This document shows positions 43,876 through 58,699 of a stretch of 64,000 bases of DNA, piece after piece. Origin of the DNA: the human T2T-CHM13v2.0 reference genome, Homo sapiens; NCBI RefSeq assembly GCF_009914755.1, contig NC_060925.1. One strand, written 5' to 3'. The notes beneath the pieces are model-generated. The model did no database searches. It was not told the DNA's origin and saw only the letters and a list, made by a program, of their open reading frames with translations. The position numbers and the translations under genes were made by a program. Numbering within the stretch: position 1 is the stretch's first letter; each line of letters starts with the position of its first letter.

Positions 43876-44365
43876 CGATAGTTTTAGGAGGCCATATTTT
43901 TTCATCCATTGAACATGTATCAGCTGATGGGTTATGGGCACTGAGCAGGACATAGGGATATAAACATGAATAAGAACAGACATAGGCCCCGCCCTCAAGA
44001 AGTCCACCATTTAAAGCAGGAGATAGATAAATAGGTCATTGTAGAACTACATTATGAATGCAGTTATAAGAGCTCTATCCACAGAGTATAGTGGGTGCAG
44101 AGAGGAGGAGAACTCAACTCACCTGAGGTGAAAGGTGCTTGGGTATCTTACACCAGCAGGATGTGTAAGATACGTGAATTACTTAAACACTAGGTAGAAA
44201 ATAGGTTTTGGATAATATTTTGTGCCCCATGAAGCTGGAAACTTTGTCAGCTAAAAGTAGAAAGGCCTTAAATGGCAAATCCAGTTCTTGCTAAAAGTCT
44301 CATCACTGCCAAGATTAACTCTGTACTACTAGCTGGAGATTCTCCCCAGAATAAAATGACAATCC

Positions 44366-44822
44366 TATTGTGGACTGAACTGTGTCCCCCCAAAATTCAT
44401 CTATTGAAGCCCTAGCCCCAAAGGTAACTGTATTTGGAAATAAGGTCTTTATGGAGGTAACTGAGGTTAAATGAAGTCCTGAGGGTAGGACCCTGAGCTG
44501 ATAGTTTGGGTGTCCTTATAAGAAGAGGAAGAGACACCAGAGACATATATGTGTCTCTCTGTCACTCTTACTCTTTCTCTATCTTCCCCACCACAACCCC
44601 CAACCTCTGCAGGGCAGTGGAAAGGCAGAGGAAAGGCCTTGCCAGAACATACTGACAAAGTGACTCTCTGTAAGCCAGGAAGAGAGTCCTCACCAGAAAC
44701 CAAATTTTCTGTCACCTTGATCTTGGTCATCCAGCCTCCAGAACTATGAAAAAATAAATTTCTGTTGTTTAAGCCACCCAGTCTGTGGTACTTTGTTGTG
44801 GCAGCTTGAGCAGACTAATAAA
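44366..44822 (+). mobile_element. MLT1 (MaLR) LTR
   Basis: TGTGGACTGAACTGTGTCCCCCCAAAATTCAT...AATAAATTTCTGTTGTTTAAGCCACCCAGTCTGTGG. Confidence 0.88.
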
Positions 44823-45026
44823 GATCTTTAGACAAACATGGTCCATTTCTCCCTATGCCTGGCCCCTGAGCAGAATACCAGAAACAGTGGGCCATTGCTG
44901 TGCCTCCTTGTCCATACTTCCAGGGGAAATGCAAGAATGATGTTTAGTGTCCTTTTACCACATTGGGCTTTATTCCTTCCTTCTCACACCTTAGCCCCTC
45001 TAGGCTACTCTTAGGGTCATAGTCAC

Positions 45027-45448
45027 TGTGTTAGTCTGTTCTTGCATTACTATAAAGGAATACCTGAGGCTGGGTAATTTATAAAGAAAAGAGGCTTAAT
45101 TGGTTCATGGTTCTGCAGGCTGTACAGGAAGCATGGCTCTGGCATCTCTACTCAGCTTCTAGTGAGGCCTCAGGGAGCTTTTGTTCATGGTGCAAGGCAA
45201 AGCAGGAGCAGGCAGGTCACATGGCCAGTGAGGAACCCACACGTGGTGGGGAGGAGGGCAGGCTCTTTTAAACACCCAGATCTCAAGTGAACTGAGCAAG
45301 AACTCACTCATCACCAAGGGGATGCTAAACCATTCATGAGGGATCCACCCCCATGATCCAATCACTTCCCACCAGGCCCCACCTCCAACACTGGGATTCG
45401 CATTTTTCAACATGAGATTTGGAGGAAATGAACATCCCAACCATATCA
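45027..45448 (-). mobile_element. MSTA/B (MaLR) LTR
   Basis: TGTGTTAGTCTGTTCTTGCATT...CCATATCA; TSD GTCAC/ATCAC. Confidence 0.9.
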
Positions 45449-45523
45449 ATCACAGCTAGCTAATGATTCTTTGCTCATTCATTAGGGAGGTAGCCTAATA
45501 ATGCTGAAAGAGTTCTGGTAATA

Positions 45524-46351
45524 CATTTGACCCCTAAACAACACAGGTTCAAACTGCACAGGTCCACTCACATGCAGATTTTTTCAATAAAAGTTACACT
45601 GAGTATGCCTGCCTCTCCTGCCTCCCTTCCACTTCCTCCATCTCTTCCGCCCCTGCCACTCCTGAGACAGTAAGACCAACCTCTCCTCTTCCACCTTCTT
45701 CTCCTCAGCCTACTCAACATGAAGATGAGGAGGATAAAGGCCTTTGTGATGATTCACTTCCACTTAATTAATAGTAAATACATTTTCTCTTCCTTATGAT
45801 TTTTAATAACATTTTCTTTTCGCTAGCTTACTATAGTATAAAAATACAATATATAATACATATAATATACAAAATTTTATTTTGCATATTATTGACTGTT
45901 TATGTTGACTGTGTTATCAGTAAGGCTTCTAGTTAACTGTAGACTGTTAGTAGTTAAGTTTTGGGAAAGTCAAAAGTTACACTTGGAGGCCGGGCATGGT
46001 GGCTCACGCCTGTAATCCCAGCACTTTGGGAGGCCGAGGTGGGCGGATCACGAGGTCAAGAGTTTGAGACCAGCCTGAGCAACATAGTGAAACCCTGTCT
46101 CTACTAAAAATACAAAAATTAGCCATGAATGGTGGCGTGCACCTACAGTCCCAGCTACCTGGGAAGCTGAGGCGGGGGAATCTTGAGCCCAGGAGGTGGA
46201 GGTTGCAGTTAGCCGAGATCGCACCATTGCACTCCAGACAGAGTGAGACTCCGTCTCCAAAAAAAAAAAAAAAAAAGTTACACTTGGATTTCCGACCGTG
46301 CCAGGGGTCAGCACCCCTAACCTAACCCCTTCATTATTCAGGGGTCAACTG
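45524..46351 (+). mobile_element. Tigger3-type non-autonomous element, interrupted by Alu
   Basis: TIRs CATTTGACCC.../...GGGTCAACTG with TA at both ends. Confidence 0.88.
45988..46272 (+). mobile_element. AluS
   Basis: 16-bp TSD AAAAGTTACACTTGGA (45972-45987, 46273-46288). Confidence 0.93.
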
Positions 46352-47329
46352 TACTTAGAAATAGCCTAGCTCAGCTGCTGTACTGGGTGCAAGGTCCCAG
46401 GCAAATCAAGTTCTGTCTCTGTACTAGAAAATTAAGGACATGAGCTAGATTATTCCTAGGCTGTCTTCTACTTGGGTGACTCCAGGGTTCTAAACTGTTA
46501 TGTTTCTGGGGTTCACTTTTAAGAGCCTCCAAAGACTTCATGAATGTCTCCAAGGCCCACATAAAGGAATCATTCTCTAAGATGGGGAGGTACCTTTGGC
46601 CAAGAGGTCTTCCCAGAAGTCTTCAGATAGTGTTTGGTATACATGTAGCTGTACTACCTGCTCAGAAGTATTAGAATCTCCCACTTTTTAGCACTTTTGG
46701 ATCCACAAAATGTTTGGGGGACACAGGAATTCAAAGGTCTCACTGGAAGGTTCTGATTAACAAGAAATATTAAGAAGTCTTTTCCCAGTGAGAACAGGAG
46801 TCTCTGTGGTATTCCTTCCACTTGGACAGGGAAAATATAAAAGCAAAGTGTAAAACGTCAGGGAGGAAACTGCTTGAGTGCTATGTCCTGACTGTGTAGA
46901 GAGGGGAACCTTCTTAATGTCCCAGGGGACAGGCAAAGTTGTGCCAACCTAACCTGCATTTTGGCATGAGATCTCAAATGCCCTGTGAGCAAACAGCCAG
47001 CACCCTGCTCTCACTGCCATGCCAGCGTCATGATTGGTGAGTGTGGCAGATCCTCTGAGGCTTCAAAACCAAGCCTCAGAGGCCACGTAAGAGGCAAGGA
47101 TCCATTTCACAGTCCTATTGTCTGTGTGCCTGAGAATCATAGAGTGAAAATACACTAAAGTTGAAAGGGATTTCAAGGTCAAACCAAGGTTGAAGGTTGG
47201 GCACCTATCAAAATGGCTTTGAATAGTGCATTTTTTCATGTGCGTTTGAACCCGCAGTTGATTGCAAACTCTGTAAGTAACCATCTATTATTTTTGTGTC
47301 TCCTCCTTGGTACTTAGTATGTTCATTGT

Positions 47330-48483
47330 ATTTTCTGATGCCAAATGTGGGGGAGCAGGCAGAGGAGGGATTCCACACTGATTCTTCAATTCTCCAACAC
47401 CAACTTGGTGTCCCTCTTAGTCCATTTTGTGCTGCTATAAAAGAATACCTGAGACGGGGTAATTTATAAAGAGGTATATTTAACTCATGGTTCTGCAGGC
47501 TAAGAAGTTCAAGGGCATGGCCCTGGCTTCTGGTGAGGGTTTTTGTGCTGTCATAACATGACAGAGAAGGTCAAAGGGGAAGCAAACATGTATGAAGAGA
47601 GAATAGCCTGAGGGACATCTGGCTTTATAACAAATCACTCCCGCAGGAACTAACCCAGTCTGGCCAGAGCAAGAACTCACTCACTAAAGAGCAGCACCAA
47701 GCCATTCATGAGGGAGCCACCTCCGTGACTCAAACAACTCCCACCAAGCGCCACTTCCCAATTCAGCCACATGGGGACCAAATTTCAACATGAGTTTTGG
47801 TGAAGACAAACCATAGCAATGTCCAACAATTCAATTCAATTCTGACACTAACTACTGGAGCTGGCACAGACCCCACAGGGTAAGGGCTCAGTCTCACAAG
47901 ACTGCCCCCACTTCAGGTGCCCAGGCTACCTGCACTTCTGCCTGACTACAAATTCAAGGGTTCCCATGACTCCCCCTCAGGTTTAATCACTGGCTAGAAT
48001 GACTCACAGAATTCAGGGAACCACTTTGCTTACATTTACTAGCTTATTTTAAAAGGTGCAACTTAGGAATAGCCAAATGGAAGAGATGTCTGGGGCACAG
48101 TATGGGGCAGGGCACGCAAAGTTTCCACACTCTGTCCAGGTGCACCCTGTCCCAGCCCATCCCTGTGTTCACCAGCCCAGAAGCTTCCTGGGTCCCATTG
48201 TTCAAGACTTTTTATAATCAATTTCAAGAGCCCTGCCTCCCACCCTTTCTGAAGTTCAGGGGATGGGACTGAAAGTTCAGCCTTTCTGGTGACCAGCCTC
48301 CATCCTGGAGATATCTAGGCGCTCCAACCTGAGTCACCTCATTAGCATAAATCCAGATGTGGTTAAAGGGGTTCCTTGTGAATAACGAAAGGCACTCCTG
48401 TCAGTCGGGAAGTTCCAAGGGTTTTAGGAACTTCTTGACTTGAACAAGAGACTAAAACTAAATATATTTTTTATTGTACCACA
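47330..48483 (-). mobile_element. MER21-family LTR, interrupted by MST
   Basis: AATTCAATTCAATTCTGACACTAACTAC...GGGCTCAGTCTCACAAGACTGCCCCCACTTCAG. Confidence 0.75.
47413..47818 (-). mobile_element. MSTB-like LTR
   Basis: TCTTAGTCCATTTTGTGCTGCTATAA...CCATAGCA; TSD (G/A)TGTC. Confidence 0.85.
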
Positions 48484-49606
48484 ATTGCACACAGATTCTT
48501 AATTAAACATGTATCAGTTAATTCACTGACTAGCTTAGAACACAAGAAGCCTGATGAGGGGCTAAAAATGGCTAAGAAATCCCTTATCTCTAAAATCAGA
48601 AAGATTATGGGAAACCCTTTAGTTTGGGACAGGTCATTCTGCTAGAAGAACATATAACCCCAACTCCATACATAACCTTGAAGTTGGTGAGAGGATAGAT
48701 AAAATGGCATGCATTTTTGGCTATTTTTGTAATTTAAAAAGGCTAAATTTCTGATTCGGGAGTTTTCCCAGATTTAGCTAATTATGAGGCTCTCTGATTA
48801 CTCCTTATTCCCTGACCCTCTTTATTGAATCCTTGTGAGCTAACAGAATGACAGAAAGCAGGGGCTGCAGCACAGTGCCCTTGGCACCTCTGCAGCTGAG
48901 AAACCTGCTATTTCCATATGCAGAAGCTTGCCAGAGCTGCATCTGAGCAAGCTGCGAAGAGACAACTGGCAGCAGAAAGATGCATCAGCACCAGGGAGGT
49001 ATCAGAGCAGGTCAGCCAGGGTATGCTGCGGCAATCAATTATGTAGTAGGATTTGGCTGCCTTTCAGAAGCTTCTTTCACCACATTCCAAAGGCTCTTGC
49101 ATTAAAAGGCACACAGCACTCTTTTCTCCTCAAGATGGCAAACTCAGAGAGGATTGCCTGGGCCACCCCACAGCTTCCTACCATTCAAGTTTCTTACATG
49201 TTGTGAATTGAAGCTGAGATTAAGGAAAGATGCTTGGAGGTTTGCAACTCAGGATTCCTCAGCCTGAAGTATCTCAAGAGATCATCTTGTTCATTTACAG
49301 CGTGCATGCCTACATTGAGAATGGACAATGCTTGAGATGTTCCATTTATCCCCTGATTCACTTCTCATCTTTGGAGGCAATAGGCTGGACCAGATTATTT
49401 CTACTTCAGCAGTAGAGACAGGCCTGGGTGAAGCCGAAGTTTCACCACCCCATCAATCTGCTCTGATTCCGAAGTTAGACCTATTTATGCAATGCTTGAT
49501 CTTTCCACATCCTCTATCTTTTCGAGGCCCAGGCTAAGAAATAGGAGGATGACCAACTATCATGGTTTTCTCAGGACTGAAGAGGTTACTGGGACACAGA
49601 ACTTTC

Positions 49607-51541
49607 TCTTTTTTTAACTTTTATTTTAGGTTCGGGGGTACATGTGCAGGTTTGCTATATAGGTAAACTCGTGTCACAGAGGTTTGTTGTACAAATTATT
49701 TTATCACCCCGGTACTAAGCCTAGTACCCAACAATTATTTTTTTCTGCTCCTCTCCCTCTTCCCACCCTCTACTCTTAGGTAGGCTCCAGTGTCTATCGT
49801 TCCCCTCTTTGTGTCCATGTGTTCTCATCATTTAGTTCCCACTTATAAGAAAAAATGTGCAGCATTTGGTTTTCTGTTCCTGTGTTAGTTTGCTAAGGAT
49901 AATGGCCTCCAGCTCCATCCATGTTCCTGCAAAGGACATGATCTCATTCTTTATTATGGTTGCATAGTATTCCATGGTGAATATGTACCACATTTTCTTT
50001 ATCCAGTCTATCATTGATGGGCATTTAGTTCATTCCATGTATTTGCTATTGTGAATAGTGCTCCAATGAATGTATGTGTGCATGTGTCCTTATGGTGGAA
50101 CAATTTATATTCCTTTGGGTATATACTGAGTAATGGGACAAATGGTAGCTGTTTTTGGCTCTTTGAGGATCTGCCACACTGCTTTCCACAATGGTTAAAC
50201 TAATTTGCACTCCCACCAACAGTGTATAAGGATTCCCTTTTCTGTGTAACCTCACCAACATCTGTTATTTTTTAACTTTTTTTTTGCCTCCCGGGTTGAA
50301 GCAATTCTCCTGCTTCAGCCTCCAGAGTAGCTGGGACTACAGGGATGCGCCACAATGCCTGGCTAATTTTTGTAGTTTTAGTAGAGACAGGGTTTCACCA
50401 TGTTAGCCAGGCTGGTCTCGAACTCCTGACCTCAGGCAATCTGCCCACCTCAGCCTCCCAAAGTGCTGGGATTACAGACATGAGCCACTGCGCCCGGCCT
50501 TGACTTTTTAATAATAGCCACTCTGACTGGTGTGAAATGGTATCTAATGTGGTTTTGATTTGCATTTCTCTAATGATCAGTGATATTTAGATTTTTTATA
50601 TGCTTGTTGGCCACATGTATGTCTTTTTTTGAAAAGTGTCTTTTCATGTCCTTTGCCCATTTTTTAATGGTTTTTTTTTCTTGTAAATTTGTTTAAGTCC
50701 CTTATAGATGCTGGAAATAAGACCTTTGTCAGATGCATAGATTGCAAATATTTTCTCCCATTCTATACTTTGTCTGTTTACTCTGTTGATAGTATCTTTT
50801 GCTGTGCAGAAGCTCTTTAGTTTAATTAAATACCATTTATCAATTTTTGCTTTTGTTGCAATCGCTTTTGACATCTTCATCATGAAATATGTGACTGTTC
50901 CTATGTCCAAAATGATATTGCCTAGGTTGTCTTTCAGAGTTTTTATAGTTTTGAGTTTTACATGTAAGTCTTTAATCTATCTTCAGTTGATTTTTGTATA
51001 TAGTGTAAAGAAGGGGTCCAGTTTCAATCTTCTGCATATGGCTAGCCAGTTCACCTAGCACTATGTATTGAATAAGGAGCCCTTTCCTCATTGCTTGTTT
51101 TTGTCAGCTTTGTCGAAGATCAGATGGCTGTAGGTGTGCGGCCTTATTTCTGGGTTCTCTATTCTGTTCCATTGGTCCATGTGTCTGTTTTTGTACCAGT
51201 GCCATGCTGTTTTTGTTACTCTAGCTCTGCAGCATAGCTTGAAGTTGGGAAGCAGGATGCCTCCAGCTTCATCCTTTTGCTTAGGATTGCCTTGGCTATT
51301 CAGGCTCTGTTTTAGTTCTATATGAATTTTAAAATAGTTTTCTCTAGTTCTGTGAAGAATGTCACTGGTAGTTTGATACGAATAGCACTGGATCTGTAAA
51401 TTGCTTTGAGCAGTTTGGCCATTTTAATGATATTGATTCTTCTGATCCATGAACATGGAAGGTTTTTCCATTTGCTTGTGTTATGTCTGATTTCTTTGAG
51501 CAGCGTTTTGTAATTCTCACTGTAGAGATCTTTCACTTCTC
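49607..51541 (-). mobile_element. 5'-truncated L1PA (PA13-16-like) with 18-bp TSD
   Basis: ORF2 C-terminal peptides (WIKKMWYIFTMEYY; [19 protein letters not shown]); TSD CTGGGACACAG(A/C)ACTTTC at 49589-49606 and 51542-51559. Confidence 0.93.
50282..50499 (-). mobile_element. AluS lacking ~70 nt of its 3' end
   Basis: Poly(T) joins directly to GCCTCCCGGGTTGAAG; TSD TT(A/G)ACTTTTT. Confidence 0.85.
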
Positions 51542-52000
51542 CTGGGACACAGCACTTTCAGGCTAAAACTAGTAAAGTCCCAGACAAACTAAGATGAGTC
51601 AGTAACTGTAGTAAATAGTTGGAACTGACCTGAAACAAGTGTAGTACCAGATAGGTTTTTGGGAAGCCAAATTCAGGGGCTGGTTTTGTTTGGAAGGCAG
51701 TGGCTCTGCTATACTGTTTTTTTGAATTTGGCAAGAAATAATTATGTGATCTGTGGCTACACAAAAAAATGAATTGCTATAGCAGTAGATAGTGTAAGCA
51801 TATAGACTCCAAAATAAAAATCCACAAACATATATGTTTTATGAGAGAAGGAATAATTATTTCTGTACTCTATCACTTACTACAATGCAAGCCACATAGT
51901 AAATATTCTAATAAATATTTGTGAAGTAAATGAATAAATGAATTCCAGCTCTGTCTGGCTCTATCATTACTACCTGTATGACATTACCTAAGTTACTGAA

Positions 52001-52336
<336 letters not shown>

Positions 52337-52394
52337 TAAGCTTCTGTTTCTTCATCTGTAAAATGGGGATGATAATAATTAGCCACTTCATAGT

Positions 52395-52716
52395 TGTTAT
52401 GGGCTAAATGAATTGTGTCCCCCTGCCCAAGTTTATATGTTGAAGTCAACCCCCAATACCTCCAAGTGTCCTTATAGGAATTGGAAATATTGACACAGAG
52501 ACACCAGGCACACGTGCACACAGAGAAAGACCATGTGAGGAGACAGTGAGAAAGTGGCCATCTGCAAGCCACAGAGAGAGGCCTTAGGAGACACCAAACC
52601 TGCTGACACCTTCATCTTGGAATTCTAGCCTCCAGAACTGTGGGAAAATAAATTTCTGCTGTTTAAACCACTCAGCCTGGGGTATTTTGTTATAACAGCC
52701 TTATCAAACTAATACA
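52395..52716 (+). mobile_element. MLT1A-like LTR
   Basis: TGTTATGGGCT...AAACTAATACA; TSD ATAG(T/G). Confidence 0.88.
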
Positions 52717-52961
52717 ATAGGAGAAATAATGTTCATAGATCACCTAGCACATGAATGCTCAGTAAATATTTCTAATACTAAAAATATCTGAGCAGGGCAC
52801 TGAAAAATATATAATACACACAAAAACATACAAAAGGGAATCAGTAGAATTATTTTTCTACACCTGAGGACCTTGGGGGACAGAGAAAACTGAACCTGCC
52901 CTGCATACTATTCTCTGCACTGGGATCATGAAAGAGTGTATCCACAAATGACATTCTAGTC

Positions 52962-53112
52962 CAGAACATCTCAAACTTTAAAGTGCATATGGATCACCTG
53001 GAGAACGTGTTAAAATGCAAATTCTGGTTCAGTGGGTCTACGGTCTGCATTTCAAACAAGCTCCCAGTTGATTCTGATGCTACTGGTTACAGGACCACAC
53101 CAGGCAACACTG
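52962..53112. mobile_element. MER5-family hAT
   Basis: ATCACCTGGAGAACGTGTTAAAATGCAAATTCTG...TCTGCATTTCAAACAAGCTCCCAG. Confidence 0.75.
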
Positions 53113-53927
53113 AAGAAATAGGTTGCTGAGTCCTAAGGAGAGTTATAAACCCTTGGATACACAAGACACAAAACCAAATACATCGAGTGGCCAGAAAATA
53201 CTCAGTAAATTGAATCCTATATTTGTATATATCATGACTAGAGATGGCAGTGCCACTTAAGTATATATATAATAATTCAGGACCATGGAGTTAAAGTGCT
53301 CAGGCAGGTAAAGTCATCTGGAGAATTCCTGAAGGAAGAAAGGAAGACACTTGATTCAGCAGGGGAAAATAAAGAAAACATTCTCTGTAGGAGAACCCGT
53401 CTGGGTTAAAGCGAACTTAAATAGTTCAAGTTGAGTTGTATTTAGTTCCTTACTTCCCTACCTTAATAAGTACAGGGGCGGCATTTGCTGCTCCTCTGGA
53501 AGGGTGAGGGGAGGGAGGAACGTGTGGGTGTGCTTATGGCACTGTTTGCTCCGGCTAGCTAATGTTTGGTTTCCTTATCTTTGGAGAGTGTAATGGGTGT
53601 TGGTGCCAGCTTGGAGGCCACCTGATCTCAATCAGACTCTAAAGTCATTAACGAAGCTACTAGGAGGTAGGCCTCCACGTGGCCTGCAGCCAGAGCTTTA
53701 GGAAGCGGGAGTATGGAGAGGGAAAACAAACTCAACCTTGGGTTACCTAAGATGAACATCTTTATACTAGAGCTCCAGAATCTGCATCACCAAGGCTCTT
53801 ACTATGCTCCAAGATGTGGTCCCTTCCAGGTACCTGACCACACACAGGTCAGACTTTCCTTGTCCCCTGAGACCCAGGAAGTTCCATGGGGCAATCAGAT
53901 GTGGATCCAAATACTTGGGGATGTTTA

Positions 53928-54380
<453 letters not shown>

Positions 54381-55451
54381 TTAAGTGGTCAAGATGATCC
54401 CTGATGGTAATTTCTCCATAAACAGATTTTTTTAGGGCTTCATTCAGACTGTAAGATCAAATATATTATTGGGTTTAGATTAGGAGCTTGGATTTTGGAG
54501 GTTTGCTAGCTGTTTCACCTGGGCAAGATCCTTAACCTCTCTGAAGTCTCAATTTCCCAAATTTAAAAAATAATATTTATATAATGGATTAAATGAGACA
54601 TAAAGCATATAAAGTGATTGGCTTTTATTATAATTCTTTCTCTTCTTATCCCACTTAATTACATTCTTCCCATGAAGTAATGTCAGGCTCTATAAAGGCA
54701 GTTGGGGCTGTGGGCCTATATCCCTCCTCTCCACCCATCCTAAAGTCTACTACACTGCTTCTCTGTTAGAGAATATTTAATTGAGCATCTCCTGTATGTC
54801 AACTAAAAGACACAGTCTTTGCACGTAAAGGAGTCCACAGTCACTTAGAGGGAGACAAGATGAGTCAGCAAATAAATATAATCAAGTATCTCAGGTGCTC
54901 TGGCAAATGTCTAAATGGACAAGGAGTGATGAAGCAGAGCATGTTTACTTTTAGTTTGGAGACTTAAATAAGAAAAGGATTAAAAGTGGATGTGTTTGAA
55001 CTGAGTTTTGAGAAATGAGAATTGGCCAGGTATTCTAGAGTGTGTGTGTTGTGTGTGGGCACTCGGTGGAAGGGGAGGATTGGTGGGCATGGGTCACCAA
55101 GAAACAAGCAACAGCATGGCTTGTCAGGGACCTGGAAGAGGTTTGAAGTTGCCAGAGGATGGGATGTGTGGGGAAGGTGGTAGAGCAATAGATAAAGTTA
55201 CACAGCTAGATCAAGGTCAACTCACAGAGGGTCTTGTAAGCCATACTTAGAAGTTTGGGCAATGAAAAGCCAGTAAGAGGGGAGTGGTTTGGTCAGACAT
55301 ATGGGTGTTATAAGGAAAATTTTTTCTCTAGTTGCAAAAATAGTTTATTTTCAATGGGGAAAAAAAACCACAAAAAAAATTACATATGAACTCACTACTA
55401 ATACCCAACTCATAATGTACTGGAGTGAGTTTTCCAGAGAGAATAACAGAG

Positions 55452-56285
55452 TGTAAAAGGAAAAAAAAAGGTTTTTTCCTACTCTCTCTGCTCCCTATTT
55501 ACTCAATACAGAACACTTCTTAGACCAGATGTGTGTTTTTCCCCACACACCAAGCAATTCTCCAGCAGACCCTCTCTGGGTATCCTAGAATCCAATTCTG
55601 ATTCTATCTACCTGGATATAGCATCAGATCCCAGTGGTTGTGGGCTCAGTCCCACAAAACTGCTCTCACTTCAGAGGCCAATTGCAAGTCTGGGCCACCT
55701 TTATTTTTCACCAACCGGCTATAAACTGAGATTCCCTCAACTTTCTGCTGGGATTTGATTAATTTGCTGGGATGGCTCATGGAATTCAGGGAAACATTTA
55801 CCAGCTTATTAACTGTTTTACCAGTTTAGTACAAACGATATTACAAAGGATACAGATAAACAGCCAGACGAAGAGATGCACAGGGCAAGGTATGGCAGAG
55901 CGGTTGCAGAGCTTCCACGCCGTGTCTAGGTGAGCCACCCTCCTGGCATCTCCTAGTGTTTAGCAGTCCCAAAGCTCATCAACTCTTGTTTGAGTGTTTA
56001 TAGAGCTTGATGTTCAGCAACACCCTCCCTCCCCTCCTTGGAGGTTGGAGGGTAGGGTTGAAAGTTCCAGTCCTCTAATCACTTGGTCTTTCTGGTGACT
56101 GGTCCTATCCTGAGACTAACTAGGGCCCCCACACTAAGTCACCTTATTAGTATAAATGCTGGAGTTATTAAAGGAGCTCATTATGAATAACAAAGATGTT
56201 CCTATCACCCAGGAAATTCTAGGGGTTTTAGAAGCTATGATAGGAACCAGGAAAAAAGACCAAAGATATTTTACATCATATCACA
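55452..56285 (-). mobile_element. MER21-family LTR
   Basis: CCCCACACACCAAGCAATTCTCCAGCAGAC...GGGCTCAGTCCCACAAAACTG...ATCACA. Confidence 0.75.
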
Positions 56286-56446
56286 AGGGGAAAGGGAGCC
56301 AACATGTACTGAGCTATGTGCCAGGTACTTTATGAAGTTTATCTCATTTAATGTAACACTGAGGTTTGCTGCTCCATGTGGGTCCACAGCCAGAGGGTTT
56401 TGAAGAGGGCCTAGAGAAGGGGAAGAATAAACTCAGTCTTGCATTA

Positions 56447-56655
56447 CAGAGGCTCCTCAACTTATGATGGGGTCACATTGTTGTAAGATGAAAATATCAA
56501 CTAAGTCAAAAATGTATTTAACACACCTAACCTACCGAACATCATAGCTTAGCCTAGCCTACCTTAGACAAACTCATAACACGTATGTTAGTTTACCTTG
56601 AGTAAAATCATCTAACACAAAATCTATTTTAAAATAAAGTGTTGAATATCTCCAT

Positions 56656-56694
<39 letters not shown>

Positions 56695-57101
56695 TTTGAG
56701 ATAGTCCTGCTCTGTCGCCCAGGCTGGAGTGCAATGGTGTGATCTCGGCTCACTGCAAGCGAGTCTCTTGCCTCAGCCTCCCGAGTAGCTGGGATTACAA
56801 GTGCACATCACCATGCATGTCTGGCTAATATTTTTGTATTTTTAGTAGAGTCAGGGTTTCACCATGTTGACCAGGCTGGTCTCGAACTCCTGACCTCAGG
56901 TGATCCACCTGCCTTGGCCTCCCAAAGTGCTAGGATTACAGGTGTGAGACACTGCTCCCGGCTGCCTGTAACTTATTGAATACTGAACTAAAAGTGAAAA
57001 ACATAATAGTTGTATGCGTACTCAAAGTATGGTTTCTACTGAATGTGTATTGCTTTTATACCATTCACAAAGTCAAAAATTGGTAAGTTAGGGACTGTTT
57101 G
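56447..57101 (+). mobile_element. MER47A (Tigger), interrupted by Alu
   Basis: CACCTAACCTACCGAACATCATAGCTTAGCCTAGCCTACCTTA; TA flanks. Confidence 0.88.
56653..56963 (-). mobile_element. AluS with (TTTA)n tail and ~20-bp internal deletion
   Basis: CACTGCAAGCGAGTCTC lacks CCTCCGCCTCCCGGGTTCAA. Confidence 0.88.
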
Positions 57102-57434
57102 TATTAGGTAAACTAAGGAGAACATCTTTACAAAAGTGCCAAATATTTGCATCGCCAGGATCTAATGCTCTCACTGTGCTCCATGGCTAGATAAGATGGA
57201 GCATGGGAAGGTGGGAGGAGAAGCAACTTTGGGAAGAGGAGATGAGGATAATAAGTTCTTTTTGAGATGGTTGTAAGGCACACACGTGGATGTATAGGTT
57301 TAGTACTCAAAAGAGAAATCGGGGCTGGAAGTAAAAACTTTGGAATTGGCATTTACATTAGATTTAAAGCCATGAGAATAAGTGAATGTGCCCCAGAAAG
57401 ACAGAAGAGAGAAGATCAAGACTAGAGCCCTAGT

Positions 57435-57783
<349 letters not shown>

Positions 57784-58204
57784 TTAAGAGGCAGAGCAAA
57801 GGAGATACCACTAGGGCCTGTGAAGGAGGGTCAAAGAAGAACCATGAAAGAAAGATCCTGGAATTCACCAACTGTCAAATGTCACACAGGCCAATCAAGA
57901 TGAACAGTGCAAAGAGGACACAGGGTTTTGCTATTTCTCAGTGGGAGCTTTGCCTGGGCCCTTTATGAAGTGGGATGCAGGGAGCCTCACTGCAGCAGGT
58001 GGAAGAATGGATGGAAAGTGACGGTAAATGCAGTCTGTACTTTTAGAGAGCTTGACTATGATGGGAGACGGTTTTGTGGTGGATTGATTTGTTTTGCTTT
58101 TAAAGACTGGAGAAAATAGCATATTTTTATGATAGAAAGGAGCCAATAGTGGCTAAACATGAAGACTGGAGAGAGGGAATAACCAAGGTTGCAAAGTTCT
58201 ACAG

Positions 58205-58398
58205 CAGTTTTTCTCAACCGGGGACATTCAGTATCTGGAAACATTTTTGGCTGTCACAACTGGGGTAGAGGAGTTGTTACCAGCATCTGCTAGACAGAGT
58301 CCAGGGAGGCTGCTAAATATCCTTTAATGTACAGCACAGCCCCTCATGACAAAGAATTATCTGGCCATTGCCAACAATGTGGAGGTCAAGAAACCCTA
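58205..58398 (+). mobile_element. MER20 (hAT-Charlie)
   Basis: TTCTCAACCGGGG...CATTTTTGGCTGTCACAACTGGGG...AAGAAACCCT; TSD TTCTA(C/A)AG. Confidence 0.88.
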
Positions 58399-58699
58399 TT
58401 CTAAAGGAAGAAAAAACAGACCAAGAATGCAAGTGATAGGATTAGCTTCCACCTGATATAACTCAATGCATATTTGTTAAATAAATTAATGAATTTAAAA
58501 TTCCATAAATAGATTCCATCCTGTTTCCTTTCATCTGGAAGCCCTATAACTTAAGCATGGCATAAAAAATTTGAATACTATGTAGGTACTGCAGACTCAA
58601 AGATAAGACACAAGCTCGTACTCTAAGTTTTGAATAAAATGATGCTGCCTAGAGAATTCAGGGAAGCCTTGGAAGATGGGAATAGAGAAATAAAATTGA

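Larger units (their letters stand above)
49545..51610 (+). mobile_element. MER81/MER94-like hAT-Blackjack MITE split by L1PA (halves 49545-49606 and 51542-51610)
   Basis: GGATGACCAACTATCATGGTTTT...GGGACACAGAACTTTC joins AGGCTAAAACTAGTAAAGTCCCAGACAAAC. Confidence 0.65.
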
